Below, piece by piece: positions 20,843 to 30,467 of a stretch of DNA of 64,000 nt. This DNA is from Candidatus Babeliales bacterium (GTDB taxonomy: Bacteria; Babelota; Babeliae; Babelales; JANWKD01). Made by a program: the position numbers and the translations under genes. The notes below the pieces were generated by a model. The model saw only the letters and a list, made by a program, of their open reading frames with translations. It was not told the origin of the DNA and did no database searches. The DNA lies in NCBI GenBank assembly GCA_963762115.1, contig CAVXJH010000006.1:192001-256000 (forward strand). The letters are read 5' to 3'. Every line of letters starts with the position of its first letter. The first letter of the stretch is position 1.

Positions 20843-21982
20843 TTAAGTTCTAAGTGGTACAGAATTCATAAGCATATTTCTTTGTCTATCACCGGTTGAT
20901 CCGTACTGTACAATATCGCGCTTTTGTCTCATGCGTAACTCGTCTAAAGTTGGTGCAAATTGTTGCCGTTGACGTAAAATTTCGATTCTTTCTGCTTCAA
21001 TCTGCTCGGCTGATTTTATTGGAAGGCCAGAAGTTTCTTTTCCTGGCGTCGTTGCCGTTTTTTCAATTGATTGTAACGTGTAGTGTAGCATAATTTCTTG
21101 ATTATTTCTCATGAGAGTAATGTTGATAGTATCGCCATTATTCATAGCAATTATTTTTTGATAGATTTCGAATCGCGAATCGGTTGTAGTAGAAGGAATA
21201 TTGTTAATTGAGGTAATAATATCACCTTGTTGTAATCCTAAGGCAAGACCTATTGATTTGGGCTGCAAAGCGCCAACGCGGCAACCAATACTTTTACCTT
21301 GCTTATACACAGTAATTAAATTAAATGAGTCAATACACTGACTTAAATTCGAAATGTGTTTTATAAAACTCATTGGATCAACTGCATAGGAATTTTCTCC
21401 CGTTTTTTGTACAACTGAGGTCCAATCATTTGGAGCAAGTAATTGTTGATCAAGTTCTGCATCATATTGATTAACATATAGTGTTTCTTGTTGACCATTT
21501 GAACGGATGAGGATTATTTTATTTCTTAAAATTCTAATTAATTGAGCATCTTCAATTTTATCGCCAATCATATAATTTTTTGCCGTAGTTGATTTTGTGT
21601 CTTGAATAATGGCGATATTTTCTGTTTCATTATTCAAGGTAATGATTCCCTTAAGCGTGATTTGAAGGGGTTCTAGAAATTTTGGTGGCGATGCAATAGG
21701 CACTCTTACCGGTTGTGGCATTGGTGGTTCAGGAATGGCGATTCTTGTTTCAACGGGAGCAAGTATAGGAGAAGGTTGTTGATACGTGCCAAAAAGATCA
21801 TTCATATAAATCTTACTTAAATCAAGTCCTGAAACATCTTTTTTAGGAGGTTTAACCTCGGATTCTGGTTTTAAGCCTGCACGCTTTGGCATTGTTGGCG
21901 CAGACAACATTATAAAGCCTATAACGATAAAAAATAACAATAATAATGCGTCATTAAGCAGCCAAAAGGGATGTTTCATCAA
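20843..21982 (-). CDS. gspC: Type II secretion protein GspC (HR plus PDZ domains)
   Basis: N-terminal TM segment, Pro-rich linker, LKGI...AII...GDKI HR domain, PDZ motif LGLQQGDIITSIN; first gene before gspD. Confidence 0.85.
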   Translation of the reverse strand: MMKHPFWLLNDALLLLFFIVIGFIMLSAPTMPKRAGLKPESEVKPPKKDVSGLDLSKIYMNDLFGTYQQPSPILAPVETRIAIPEPPMPQPVRVPIASPPKFLEPLQITLKGIITLNNETENIAIIQDTKSTTAKNYMIGDKIEDAQLIRILRNKIILIRSNGQQETLYVNQYDAELDQQLLAPNDWTSVVQKTGENSYAVDPMSFIKHISNLSQCIDSFNLITVYKQGKSIGCRVGALQPKSIGLALGLQQGDIITSINNIPSTTTDSRFEIYQKIIAMNNGDTINITLMRNNQEIMLHYTLQSIEKTATTPGKETSGLPIKSAEQIEAERIEILRQRQQFAPTLDELRMRQKRDIVQYGSTGDRQRNMLMNSVPLRT

Positions 21983-22109
21983 ACTTTCCTTTTTTTGATT
22001 TTATTCTCAAACAATAACCCTGTTGTCTTAATCTTGTCAAGCGGAAATTTGGTGTTTGATTTTTGGCGATTAATTCTTGCGAATGATTTCATAAAATGTA
22101 TCCCAATAT

Positions 22110-23096
22110 CTATGGTACCGGAATAGTATTGAGAATGCTTTTAATAATATCATCAGAACTTATTGATTGCATATCTGCTTCATACGTTAAAATGATTCTA
22201 TGTCGTAACGCAGGTATCGCAACGGCTTTTACATCGTCAGGAGTTACAAAATGTCGATTTTTTAAATAAGCATGTGCTTGAGCGGCAGCATATAAAGTGA
22301 GACTTGCTCGGGGAGAAACACCATAAGAAATAAGTGGTTTTATATGCATTAAATCAAATTTTTCTGGTGATCGTGTTGCAAAAATTATGGCAACAATATA
22401 ATCAACAATTTTTTCATCAACATAGATTTGTTTCACTAATGCTTGTTGGGCAAGAATTTCTTCTTTTGATAGTTGTTGCACAATAGCAGTAAGTAGTGAT
22501 GATTTTTTTATAATTTCTTTTTCTTGCGCCATCGTTGGATACGTGACTAAGAGTTTGAACATGAATCTATCAATTTGTGCTTCTGGCAAACGATACGTGC
22601 CTTCTTGTTCAAGAGGATTTTGTGTTGCAAACACCAAAAATGGTTTATCAAGATGAAAGGTTGTTGAACCAATAGTTACTTGCTGTTCTTGCATTGCTTC
22701 AAGTAGCGCAGCTTGCACCTTTGCAGGCGCACGATTAATTTCATCGGCCAAAATTAAGTTTGCAAAAATTGGCCCCTTTTTAATTTCAAAATCTTGTAAT
22801 TTAGGATTATAAATTAAAGTTCCAATAAGATCTGCTGGTAATAAGTCTGGGGTGAATTGAATGCGTTGGAATGATAACCCAAGTGCTTTGGTAATTGCTT
22901 TGATCATCGTTGTTTTTGCAACACCAGGAACGCCTTCTAAGAGGACATGTCCTTCGCATAACATACTAATAATGATAAACGTAATTATATCAGTATGACC
23001 TACAACAACTTTTGCAACTTCATTAATCAAATGATTAAATCGTGGTTCTTGTTTTATTTGTTCGGCAATGGTAACGGGTGTAATATAAGTTTCCAT
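22110..23096 (-). CDS. moxR: MoxR-family AAA+ ATPase
   Basis: HVLLEGVPGVAKT, RIQFTPDLLPAD, LADEINRA and ATQNPLEQEGTYRLPEAQ motifs. Confidence 0.95.
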   Translation of the reverse strand: METYITPVTIAEQIKQEPRFNHLINEVAKVVVGHTDIITFIIISMLCEGHVLLEGVPGVAKTTMIKAITKALGLSFQRIQFTPDLLPADLIGTLIYNPKLQDFEIKKGPIFANLILADEINRAPAKVQAALLEAMQEQQVTIGSTTFHLDKPFLVFATQNPLEQEGTYRLPEAQIDRFMFKLLVTYPTMAQEKEIIKKSSLLTAIVQQLSKEEILAQQALVKQIYVDEKIVDYIVAIIFATRSPEKFDLMHIKPLISYGVSPRASLTLYAAAQAHAYLKNRHFVTPDDVKAVAIPALRHRIILTYEADMQSISSDDIIKSILNTIPVP

Positions 23097-23248
23097 TGTT
23101 GATACCCTTATTAAAAAAAGTTATGCATAAAATAGATTAAATAAGTGTATCAAGGTTAACTAATTCTTACAAGACGGGTTTTTCATGCATAGAAAATGAT
23201 ATTTCGATGCACTATCAGTTATTTGTTATTGCTAAATTTCTAACTTTT

Positions 23249-26155
23249 TTATTGAATTTTTGTTAGCTGTTCTTTTAAAGATGCAATCTTTGATTTAATG
23301 AATCCTACTTCTTGCTTTTTGTTATCTTTAAGCTGTTTTAAAAGAGTTTTGATTGTTGCTTTAACTTTAGCAGTTAATTGTGTATTTTTTTCATCGTCTT
23401 CTAAAACTGTTTCATATATATGAGTAACTTTTTTAATTAATGTATCCCATAATTTTTTAATGTTTTTTAATAAGGTAATTTCTGCTGTTGCAAAATCTTT
23501 ATTGGAACGAGGTAATTTTTTTCTGAAATCTTCTGACATATTTTTAAACAACATAATCTCGTCAACAAATTCTTTGTTCGTGCTTTCAGTAGGTTTTTTC
23601 AATAATGTTCTGAAAGTTTTTTTTAATTTTTTTTGAACTTCAGAGAGTTGGGTTACTTGTTTTTGAGCTGAAAAAACTTTTTTTAATTTTTTTTGCATTG
23701 CATGAGGTAATTCTGGCTCTAATTGTTCCACAAGGGGGTATAATTCAGCGCGTCTTTTTTGCATAATTTTTTTTATAAGTTGTAATTGCTCTTCCTGATT
23801 TAATAACAAAATATCTTTTTGAATGAGTGGATAAAAAATTTTCGAATCAAATTTAATTATTAGTTTAAAAAAACTAAATACTTTTTTCTTATTTTTGGGG
23901 TTATAGGATTTTTCTAGTACGAAAAAAAGATCATTATTAGCATTCTTTAAAATATATTTTGATAAAATTTGGCTAAAATTTGGAAATTCTTTTTGTACTA
24001 AGGGGTAAAATTCAGAAACTTTAAAATTGATACTATCTTGTAAAACTAATTGCTGATTTTCTTTTGAAAGTTTAGAGAATGAATTTTGTGCAACATCATA
24101 AAGCTCTTGAACATGGTTTTCTAATATTAATTTAAATAACGCTGGAGAATTTGATGCGATATTTTTTTGTATAAATTCTTCAATAATAGCATAAAGTTTT
24201 TTTCTTTTATTAAGGATAATTTTTTTTGCAAATAACAAAGTATCTTCAATGCCAAGAAATGGTGTTATAGCTTTTAATAAGGGGTGTATTTTTGAGGTGA
24301 ATAGTGGGTCTTGCGATAAAGTAATAAGCCAAATCTGTGCTTCTTCAATGTTGAATAAAAGTATATTTGTTATTTTATTATTATTGATAAAATCTTGATA
24401 ATGAGATGGATTAGGTTCGAAATTGCTTATCAGAGATGAAAAGTTTATTTGATATTGTTTAATAATTTTTAACAATGAGGTAAGATAACAGTGTGCAGGT
24501 TCAAAAGCTAATGAAAATATTGGGTTATGGTTGTGTTTGAAGGTAATAATCACATTATTTAAATTTTTAGTATCCAACGAAGCACTTGGTTCCCAAGTGA
24601 GATTTAATTGTTGTGCGCAAGAGCATAGAGTATCAAATTTCTCTTCGAGTGAAAGATTTTCAAAAGTCGAAGCATTGCCAAACATGCAGTAACTAATAAC
24701 GTTCATAACATTGTCAGCACTTGTTGTCATTTCACAAATAGGTTTTTCCTCAGGTTTATTATATATGACTCCTGAGCGTTCAGATACAACTTTATTCCAA
24801 GCATTATGCACTTTTAGAAATTGTGCTTTTAAAGGATCAGAATGTTGAAGATAAAAATTATTGAATTTTTTATCAAAAACGACCCCTTTTTTAATAAGAT
24901 CTTCATTAAGCGTAAGTTTAAAATTAAATAAATTTGGATTAAACATAATACTATTAATAAGGTTTCGTATTGCTGTTTCGACACAATCAGGAAATTTTAT
25001 ATTTTTATACTTTGATTCTGCAACACTATCAATTAAAGGTGGTAGTAGGTTATCCCAAATAGTTGATGCAAAGAGAAAAAAGACCGTTTTCTCGTAATCT
25101 TGCAAAACATTCTTTATCGTGATATCAGGTGAAAATGATGTTTTTAAGTATTCAAAATCATTTCGTGTATATGGAAGTAATGTTAAATAGGTTTGAAGTG
25201 CTTTTTCATCAAAAACTTCAGTATCAATTTGATAATGATCTTTAAAATTTTTTATAAAAAGAATAAGAGGGTCTTTAGATTCCATAATTTTCCATAAAAA
25301 TGATAAAAAAATCTGTTGGATGGTAAATGGTGGATATTGGTTTTTCTTTGATAAATTTTCATCGAAAGCATTAATGATGTGATGTATGAGATCATGTAGA
25401 TTTTTCTTTGATAAATCTTCTTTATAAAGTTGTTCATGTATTTTTTTTATGTCTGGTTTTTTTTCTAGCTGAATCAATGAACCATATTGCTTGGTTAATT
25501 TTTTTTGTTTCTTATATTTTTTTGTTAATTTTGCAGCAATACTCATAAATATATTTTTTGGAGCATCTTTTTGTTGTTCTTTAAGTGTTATTATATTGTT
25601 ATTTATTTTTTTTAAACGTATTAGATGAGCAAAATCTTCTGAAGAATTTATTGCACTTTTTACTATTTCTTCTTTTGTTATTTTAGCTGCATAATATAAA
25701 TCTTTAAAATGAATATCGCTTTTTATGCTTGTTTTAAGTTTCATAAAAAGCTCTTTTTTTATTTCTTCAGTTAATGAACTATCTTTTGTGTAAGGCTCCA
25801 AAATCGCCAGAATAATACCAATTGTTGACTCTTTAAAATAACGCGCTGGGTTTCTGTTTAAGGTCGTTATATCAAAGGTAACAAGATCTCTTTGTAAATA
25901 AAAAAGATTTCTTAAAAGTTGTATGGTGGCATGTTGCTTATTGCCATTTTTATATAAATTTTCAATAACATGATTATCCCACCAAAGAGCACCTTGTACT
26001 AAAGAAAGATGTTTATAATTTTCATGCACAATTGCATCAAGCCCATGAATGTCGGTGATTGAAAGTTCAGATTTAACACTTGTAACGTTGATTAAAAAAC
26101 AAAGGAAAAATATTTTTAATATGTTTTTTTGTGTGGTGATTTGAATGTTTTTCAT
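23249..26155 (-). CDS. Large exported hypothetical protein with a possible Cys-His catalytic domain
   Basis: 968-aa ORF with GAGG RBS and signal peptide; central FPDCVE...HNAWNKVVS...AHC; helical, Lys-rich C-terminus. Confidence 0.75.
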   Translation of the reverse strand: MKNIQITTQKNILKIFFLCFLINVTSVKSELSITDIHGLDAIVHENYKHLSLVQGALWWDNHVIENLYKNGNKQHATIQLLRNLFYLQRDLVTFDITTLNRNPARYFKESTIGIILAILEPYTKDSSLTEEIKKELFMKLKTSIKSDIHFKDLYYAAKITKEEIVKSAINSSEDFAHLIRLKKINNNIITLKEQQKDAPKNIFMSIAAKLTKKYKKQKKLTKQYGSLIQLEKKPDIKKIHEQLYKEDLSKKNLHDLIHHIINAFDENLSKKNQYPPFTIQQIFLSFLWKIMESKDPLILFIKNFKDHYQIDTEVFDEKALQTYLTLLPYTRNDFEYLKTSFSPDITIKNVLQDYEKTVFFLFASTIWDNLLPPLIDSVAESKYKNIKFPDCVETAIRNLINSIMFNPNLFNFKLTLNEDLIKKGVVFDKKFNNFYLQHSDPLKAQFLKVHNAWNKVVSERSGVIYNKPEEKPICEMTTSADNVMNVISYCMFGNASTFENLSLEEKFDTLCSCAQQLNLTWEPSASLDTKNLNNVIITFKHNHNPIFSLAFEPAHCYLTSLLKIIKQYQINFSSLISNFEPNPSHYQDFINNNKITNILLFNIEEAQIWLITLSQDPLFTSKIHPLLKAITPFLGIEDTLLFAKKIILNKRKKLYAIIEEFIQKNIASNSPALFKLILENHVQELYDVAQNSFSKLSKENQQLVLQDSINFKVSEFYPLVQKEFPNFSQILSKYILKNANNDLFFVLEKSYNPKNKKKVFSFFKLIIKFDSKIFYPLIQKDILLLNQEEQLQLIKKIMQKRRAELYPLVEQLEPELPHAMQKKLKKVFSAQKQVTQLSEVQKKLKKTFRTLLKKPTESTNKEFVDEIMLFKNMSEDFRKKLPRSNKDFATAEITLLKNIKKLWDTLIKKVTHIYETVLEDDEKNTQLTAKVKATIKTLLKQLKDNKKQEVGFIKSKIASLKEQLTKIQ

Positions 26156-26254
26156 TGCAAAATAACCTCTTTGATAAAAAAAATAATATTTTGTAATGAA
26201 TATATCTAAAATATAAAAATAAAATCAATAAAAACAATTAACGCTAATGCATCA

Positions 26255-27325
26255 TCAATGAGATAGTAAACAATACGCTGCGCCATATAAACTAATCTTT
26301 GGTTCAGTGATAACAAATATTGGCATATCGAGCAGCATTGCTTTCATAAAAGGATGTTGACAACCAAAAAGCTGTTCAAAGAATTCAGGTGTTGCAAACA
26401 ATGAACTATGCTTTATAGCAATTGCATTCGTAATATAAATGCCGCCATGAGGCAGAACTGCATATGCCATATTTCTGATTAATCGAGCATATAGTTTCAA
26501 ATAAAAATCAACAGCATCTTTGCATTGCTCGTCACTCGATGCATGAGTAAAAATCGCATCAGCATTTTTTGTCTCAAGCGTTGAATTATACTCTTTTTTG
26601 GTGTCGACAAAATCATAGGCTGCAACAATACCGCCTGTTGAACCAAGAATTTTTCCCCAAGTAATGATGTTTTCATCGATTCTTTTTTTCAAGAATGCAA
26701 TATATTCGAGTTCTTTAAGTGTTTGCGGGGCAAAATCCATATAACAAGCACCTAAAGGGAGAATGGTAGAGCTGCTTTGTTGTGGATTTTGAGTAAGTAA
26801 AGCAGACCCTAACCCTGCGCCTGCACCAATAATAAGTTTTGGTGCATTATTGCGCATAATGCCTTTGTTGATTTGAATGAGATTGCTTTCGTCAAGGGCA
26901 TTAATCCCATATGCTTGCACTTCAAAATCATTAATAACTAACACATGTTTTATTATATTTTTTTCAATAAGTTCATGACCATCAACAGCAAAAGTTAAAT
27001 GGGGTGATTGAATGAACATACGATCTTCTGAGGTGTTACCGGGGACGCCAAAACAGGCACGAGTGATGGTAATATCATTTTCATTTTTAAGACCTTCAAG
27101 GATATGTTGCATAAAATCACTAAAATGAGTGATCGAGGCTGTAGGATAGTATAAAGTCATAACATGCTCAGCTTTATTTTCATTAATTTGAAAAATACCA
27201 AGCTCAGTTTCATAGCGGCCAATATTTCCACCCATGATATATTCAGATTTAACTAAGTTGGCGTTAGTTAGTATGCCTAAAAGACTGAATACAAAAACTT
27301 TCCAGTTCATATTTTTTTCTTTCAT
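26255..27325 (-). CDS. Glucokinase-family protein, degenerate, with signal-peptide-like N-terminus (start may be 27310)
   Basis: ACFGVPG, INDFE, GAGAGLG, DFAP, GGIYI and LYGAA match Glk; the phosphate-1 loop and ExGH motif are altered. Confidence 0.8.
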   Translation of the reverse strand: MKEKNMNWKVFVFSLLGILTNANLVKSEYIMGGNIGRYETELGIFQINENKAEHVMTLYYPTASITHFSDFMQHILEGLKNENDITITRACFGVPGNTSEDRMFIQSPHLTFAVDGHELIEKNIIKHVLVINDFEVQAYGINALDESNLIQINKGIMRNNAPKLIIGAGAGLGSALLTQNPQQSSSTILPLGACYMDFAPQTLKELEYIAFLKKRIDENIITWGKILGSTGGIVAAYDFVDTKKEYNSTLETKNADAIFTHASSDEQCKDAVDFYLKLYARLIRNMAYAVLPHGGIYITNAIAIKHSSLFATPEFFEQLFGCQHPFMKAMLLDMPIFVITEPKISLYGAAYCLLSH

Positions 27326-27410
27326 TAAAATTGCATGAAATGTTCTTGAAAAGAGTAGCTTGAAACAAGCGAATTGTATACTCTATTGTTATAAAGTTAA
27401 TGGTGAATAA

Positions 27411-27839
27411 GTGAAAAACTATAGGGGTAAAATAGTGAATTTTCGTGCATTTAAACAAAATAAATTATGGAGAGATAAAGCAGTTGATATGACTGAAGCA
27501 AATGGCTCTAGAGTTCATTGGGAAAGGTTAAATGATGTTGAATTTTCTGAGCAATTAAAAATAAAATTTATGGAAGAAGCGCATGAGGTTTGTGCAGCAA
27601 AAACTAAAGAAGCATTGGTCGAAGAGCTTGCTGATATTTTAGAAGTTATTGGCTCACTATGTGAAGCTCATGATTTTACTTTACAGGATATTATGAATGC
27701 GCAATCCAAAAAACATCAAGAACGTGGTGGATTTGGTGGTCGAAAGTTTGTTACTCATGCAGAACATGAAGTTGGTAGTTTTGGAGAAAAATATTGTTTA
27801 GCTGATCCTGAAAAATATCCAGAAATTGAAAGTTATTAA
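27411..27839 (+). CDS. MazG-like / all-alpha NTP pyrophosphohydrolase
   Basis: NKLWRD, EEAHE, EELADILEV and K...RGGF motifs. Confidence 0.8.
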   Translation: MKNYRGKIVNFRAFKQNKLWRDKAVDMTEANGSRVHWERLNDVEFSEQLKIKFMEEAHEVCAAKTKEALVEELADILEVIGSLCEAHDFTLQDIMNAQSKKHQERGGFGGRKFVTHAEHEVGSFGEKYCLADPEKYPEIESY

Positions 27840-27848
27840 AATAATGAA
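27811..27848 (+). repeat. 38-bp perfect direct repeat, left copy (right copy 29243-29280)
   Basis: aaaaatatccagaaattgaaagttattaaaataatgaa is identical on both sides of the serine hydrolase gene. Confidence 0.95.
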
Positions 27849-27857
27849 TCGGACTTC

Positions 27858-29243
27858 ATGTTAAAGAAAATTAGTATAAAAAATTTATTTTTAATGGTGA
27901 GTTTTATATCTGCGATGACGAATGGCTCTACTGAAATAGCAGGTAAGCCAGATAATATTAAGACTATGAGCAAACAATTAGATGTATACATGGATGCATT
28001 AACAAAGCTAAATCGTTTTAGTGGTACGGTTATTGTTACAAAAGGAAATGAAATATTACTCAACAAAGGCTATGGATTTGCAAGTTTAGAATTTGAAGTT
28101 CCTAATACAGAACATACACTCTTTAGAATATGTTCAATTACTAAAATGGTTACTGCCGCAGCTCTTATGCAATTGCAAGAAAGAGGTTTGTTAAATGTTC
28201 ATGATGTTGTAAATAAATATATTCCTGATTTTCCTAGAGGTAATGAGATAACGATTCACCAATTGCTTTCGCATACTTCTGGAGTATCCTCTGAGAATTT
28301 TCCGCTTGAGATGGTTGTTCAACCAGCACATTTCGATCAAATAATCTCTTTTATTAAAAGTAAACCACTAGAATATGATCCTGGTTCAGATTATCGTTAT
28401 AGTAATGGCGGTTATTATGTGCTTTCACATATTATTGAAAAAGTTTCTGGAAAAACGTATGAATCATTTGTTAAAGAAAATATTTTAGTACCGAGTGGCA
28501 TGAAAGAGAGCTTTTTTCGTGAGCAAGAGTATGCAATTTTAAAAAATTGTGCTGTTGGCTATTGCTTGAATGAAAAAAATGAAATAGTAAATGGTCATTA
28601 TATTTATGAAAATTTTAAAGGCGGTGGCGGATTATTTTGTACAGCGCTTGATCTTTATAAATTTGCTCGATCATTGAATGCATTGGCATTGATTAATCAA
28701 AAATCTTTGAAAGCTATGGTTACGCCTTATCACCATCAAGAGAATTATGGGTACGGCTGTCACATTCAAGAGTTAATGAAAAAAAGATATATAGAACATG
28801 GTGGTATGTTATCAAGTGGATTTAAATCAAATGTAACTATATTTATCGATGATGAAATTTATATCGTGCTTTTAAGCAACCTTTTTTCTTCATGGGTTAA
28901 TGAAGCGCGTAATTCGCTTGCAGCAATCGTCTTAGGATTACCATATGACATTCCAAGTTTGCAAGTTATCAAGCTAAGTTCAGATGCCTATAATGATTAT
29001 GTAGGTTTGTATGACCATCCAGCTTTTAAGTTGGGTTATAAAATTGAAAGAAAAGGAGATTCACTCTATTTACCAGATAACATAGAACTTTCGGCCGTTG
29101 CAAAAGATCAGTTTATGACTTTAAATCGAAATGCAAACAATGTAGTTTATAGGTTTGCAAGAGATGAAACTGGATTAATAATACAATTGAGAATTATAGG
29201 TGGCGCACCTTATTTTGAAATACGATGTGATAAAATTAGATAA
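27858..29243 (+). CDS. Serine hydrolase, beta-lactamase class C / PBP-like family
   Basis: SITK (SxxK), LLSHTSG, YSN and HGG motifs; signal peptide. Confidence 0.92.
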   Translation: MLKKISIKNLFLMVSFISAMTNGSTEIAGKPDNIKTMSKQLDVYMDALTKLNRFSGTVIVTKGNEILLNKGYGFASLEFEVPNTEHTLFRICSITKMVTAAALMQLQERGLLNVHDVVNKYIPDFPRGNEITIHQLLSHTSGVSSENFPLEMVVQPAHFDQIISFIKSKPLEYDPGSDYRYSNGGYYVLSHIIEKVSGKTYESFVKENILVPSGMKESFFREQEYAILKNCAVGYCLNEKNEIVNGHYIYENFKGGGGLFCTALDLYKFARSLNALALINQKSLKAMVTPYHHQENYGYGCHIQELMKKRYIEHGGMLSSGFKSNVTIFIDDEIYIVLLSNLFSSWVNEARNSLAAIVLGLPYDIPSLQVIKLSSDAYNDYVGLYDHPAFKLGYKIERKGDSLYLPDNIELSAVAKDQFMTLNRNANNVVYRFARDETGLIIQLRIIGGAPYFEIRCDKIR

Positions 29244-29280
29244 AAAATATCCAGAAATTGAAAGTTATTAAAATAATGAA
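29243..29280 (+). repeat. 38-bp perfect direct repeat, right copy
   Basis: Identical to 27811-27848; supplies the ATG of the peptidase E gene. Confidence 0.95.
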
Positions 29281-29956
29281 ACAAATAATTGCAATTGGTG
29301 GCGGTGGTTTCACCAAAAAAGGTTGTTCATTAGCATTGGAAAGATATATCCTTGCGCAAACAAAAAAAGAGAATCCTAAGATATGCTTTTTGCCGCAAGC
29401 AAGCAATGAATCGCCTACTTACATTCTTAAATTTTTTGAATCCTTTCTCAGTTTGGATGCACAGCCTTCTTGGATTTCATTGTTTGGCAGTGTAAAAGAT
29501 TCTTGGAAAGAAAAGTTATTACAAGCCGATATTGTCTATGTTGGCGGTGGCAACACAAAAAGCATGATTGCATTATGGAAAGCATGGGGCGTTGATCATG
29601 TGTTGAAAGAAGCATATAACAAAGGTGTTGTAATGGCAGGATTAAGTGCCGGCATGATTTGTTGGTTTGAACAAGGTATTACTGATTCTATGTGGCCTTT
29701 GGGGTTTGTTGAAGGACTAGGCTTTTTGAAAGGAAGTGGTTGTCCGCATTTTGATTCTGAAGTTGAGCGTCAAGATGTGTATAAAAATTTGGTTGCATCT
29801 GGGCAAGTGAGTCCCGGTATTGCCTTGGAAGATGGGGTAGCAGCTCATTTTATTGATGGAAAATTATTCAAGATTGTTACTGAAATACAACATAAAAAAG
29901 CATTTCAAATTACTGCAACTGGGCAAGAAGCATTAAAAGCAGAGTTTATTTTGTAA
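29276..29956 (+). CDS. pepE: Peptidase E (S51 family)
   Basis: MKQIIAIGGGGF, YVGGGNT, GLSAG nucleophile and CPHFD; start placed at the internal ATG. Confidence 0.85.
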   Translation: MKQIIAIGGGGFTKKGCSLALERYILAQTKKENPKICFLPQASNESPTYILKFFESFLSLDAQPSWISLFGSVKDSWKEKLLQADIVYVGGGNTKSMIALWKAWGVDHVLKEAYNKGVVMAGLSAGMICWFEQGITDSMWPLGFVEGLGFLKGSGCPHFDSEVERQDVYKNLVASGQVSPGIALEDGVAAHFIDGKLFKIVTEIQHKKAFQITATGQEALKAEFIL

Positions 29957-29995
29957 AAATCAACGAGATAAATTGGTTTATATCAGGAAAATTGT

Positions 29996-30361
29996 ATGTA
30001 TTACATTCCTATAAATGATGGTTCTACTATTTCAATACATGAACATGAACTCAAGGATAATGTTAACATTGCAGAGTACGAAAAAGAAGTAGCAGATACC
30101 TTAAAAAATTTGAAAGTGCCAGGTTTACTGCATGCATATTTACTTAAAGGTTTTAAAGGTGAACGAACGAATAGCTATTCAGTTGTGTGGGTTTGGAAAA
30201 ATAAGCAAGTAATTAAAGAGAATTTTGGAACTCTTGATAATCCCAAATGGCCTGAAGATTGGCTTTATTATGAAAATGAAATATTGGCAAAATATTTGAC
30301 GTGTCATCCTGATAAAATTAATTTTACTTGTTATGACATTATTGATGTGATTAATTTTTAA
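29996..30361 (+). CDS. Hypothetical protein (possible dimeric alpha-beta barrel)
   Basis: AGGA RBS; 121 aa with LLKGFKGER and YxVVWVW; family uncertain. Confidence 0.55.
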   Translation: MYYIPINDGSTISIHEHELKDNVNIAEYEKEVADTLKNLKVPGLLHAYLLKGFKGERTNSYSVVWVWKNKQVIKENFGTLDNPKWPEDWLYYENEILAKYLTCHPDKINFTCYDIIDVINF

Positions 30362-30467
30362 TGAAAATACGTGAAAAATATAGCAGTTGTTGAGTTGTCG
30401 ACAATTTGTCGATAACTGAAATTAATCGCTTTAACAAACAAAAAAGACAATAGAAAAATCAAAGAAG

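Noticed and set aside
13033..21982. Type IV pilus (pilMNOPQ) interpretation
   Set aside because: A PDZ-containing GspC and GspD-type N-domain repeats without recognisable AMIN domains favour a T2SS.
27858..29243. Calling the serine hydrolase a true antibiotic-resistance beta-lactamase
   Set aside because: Its motifs are shared by many esterases and peptidases of this family, so activity cannot be inferred from sequence.
27811..29280. 38-bp repeats as integron attC or prophage att sites
   Set aside because: No palindromic attC structure and no integrase or phage genes in the window.
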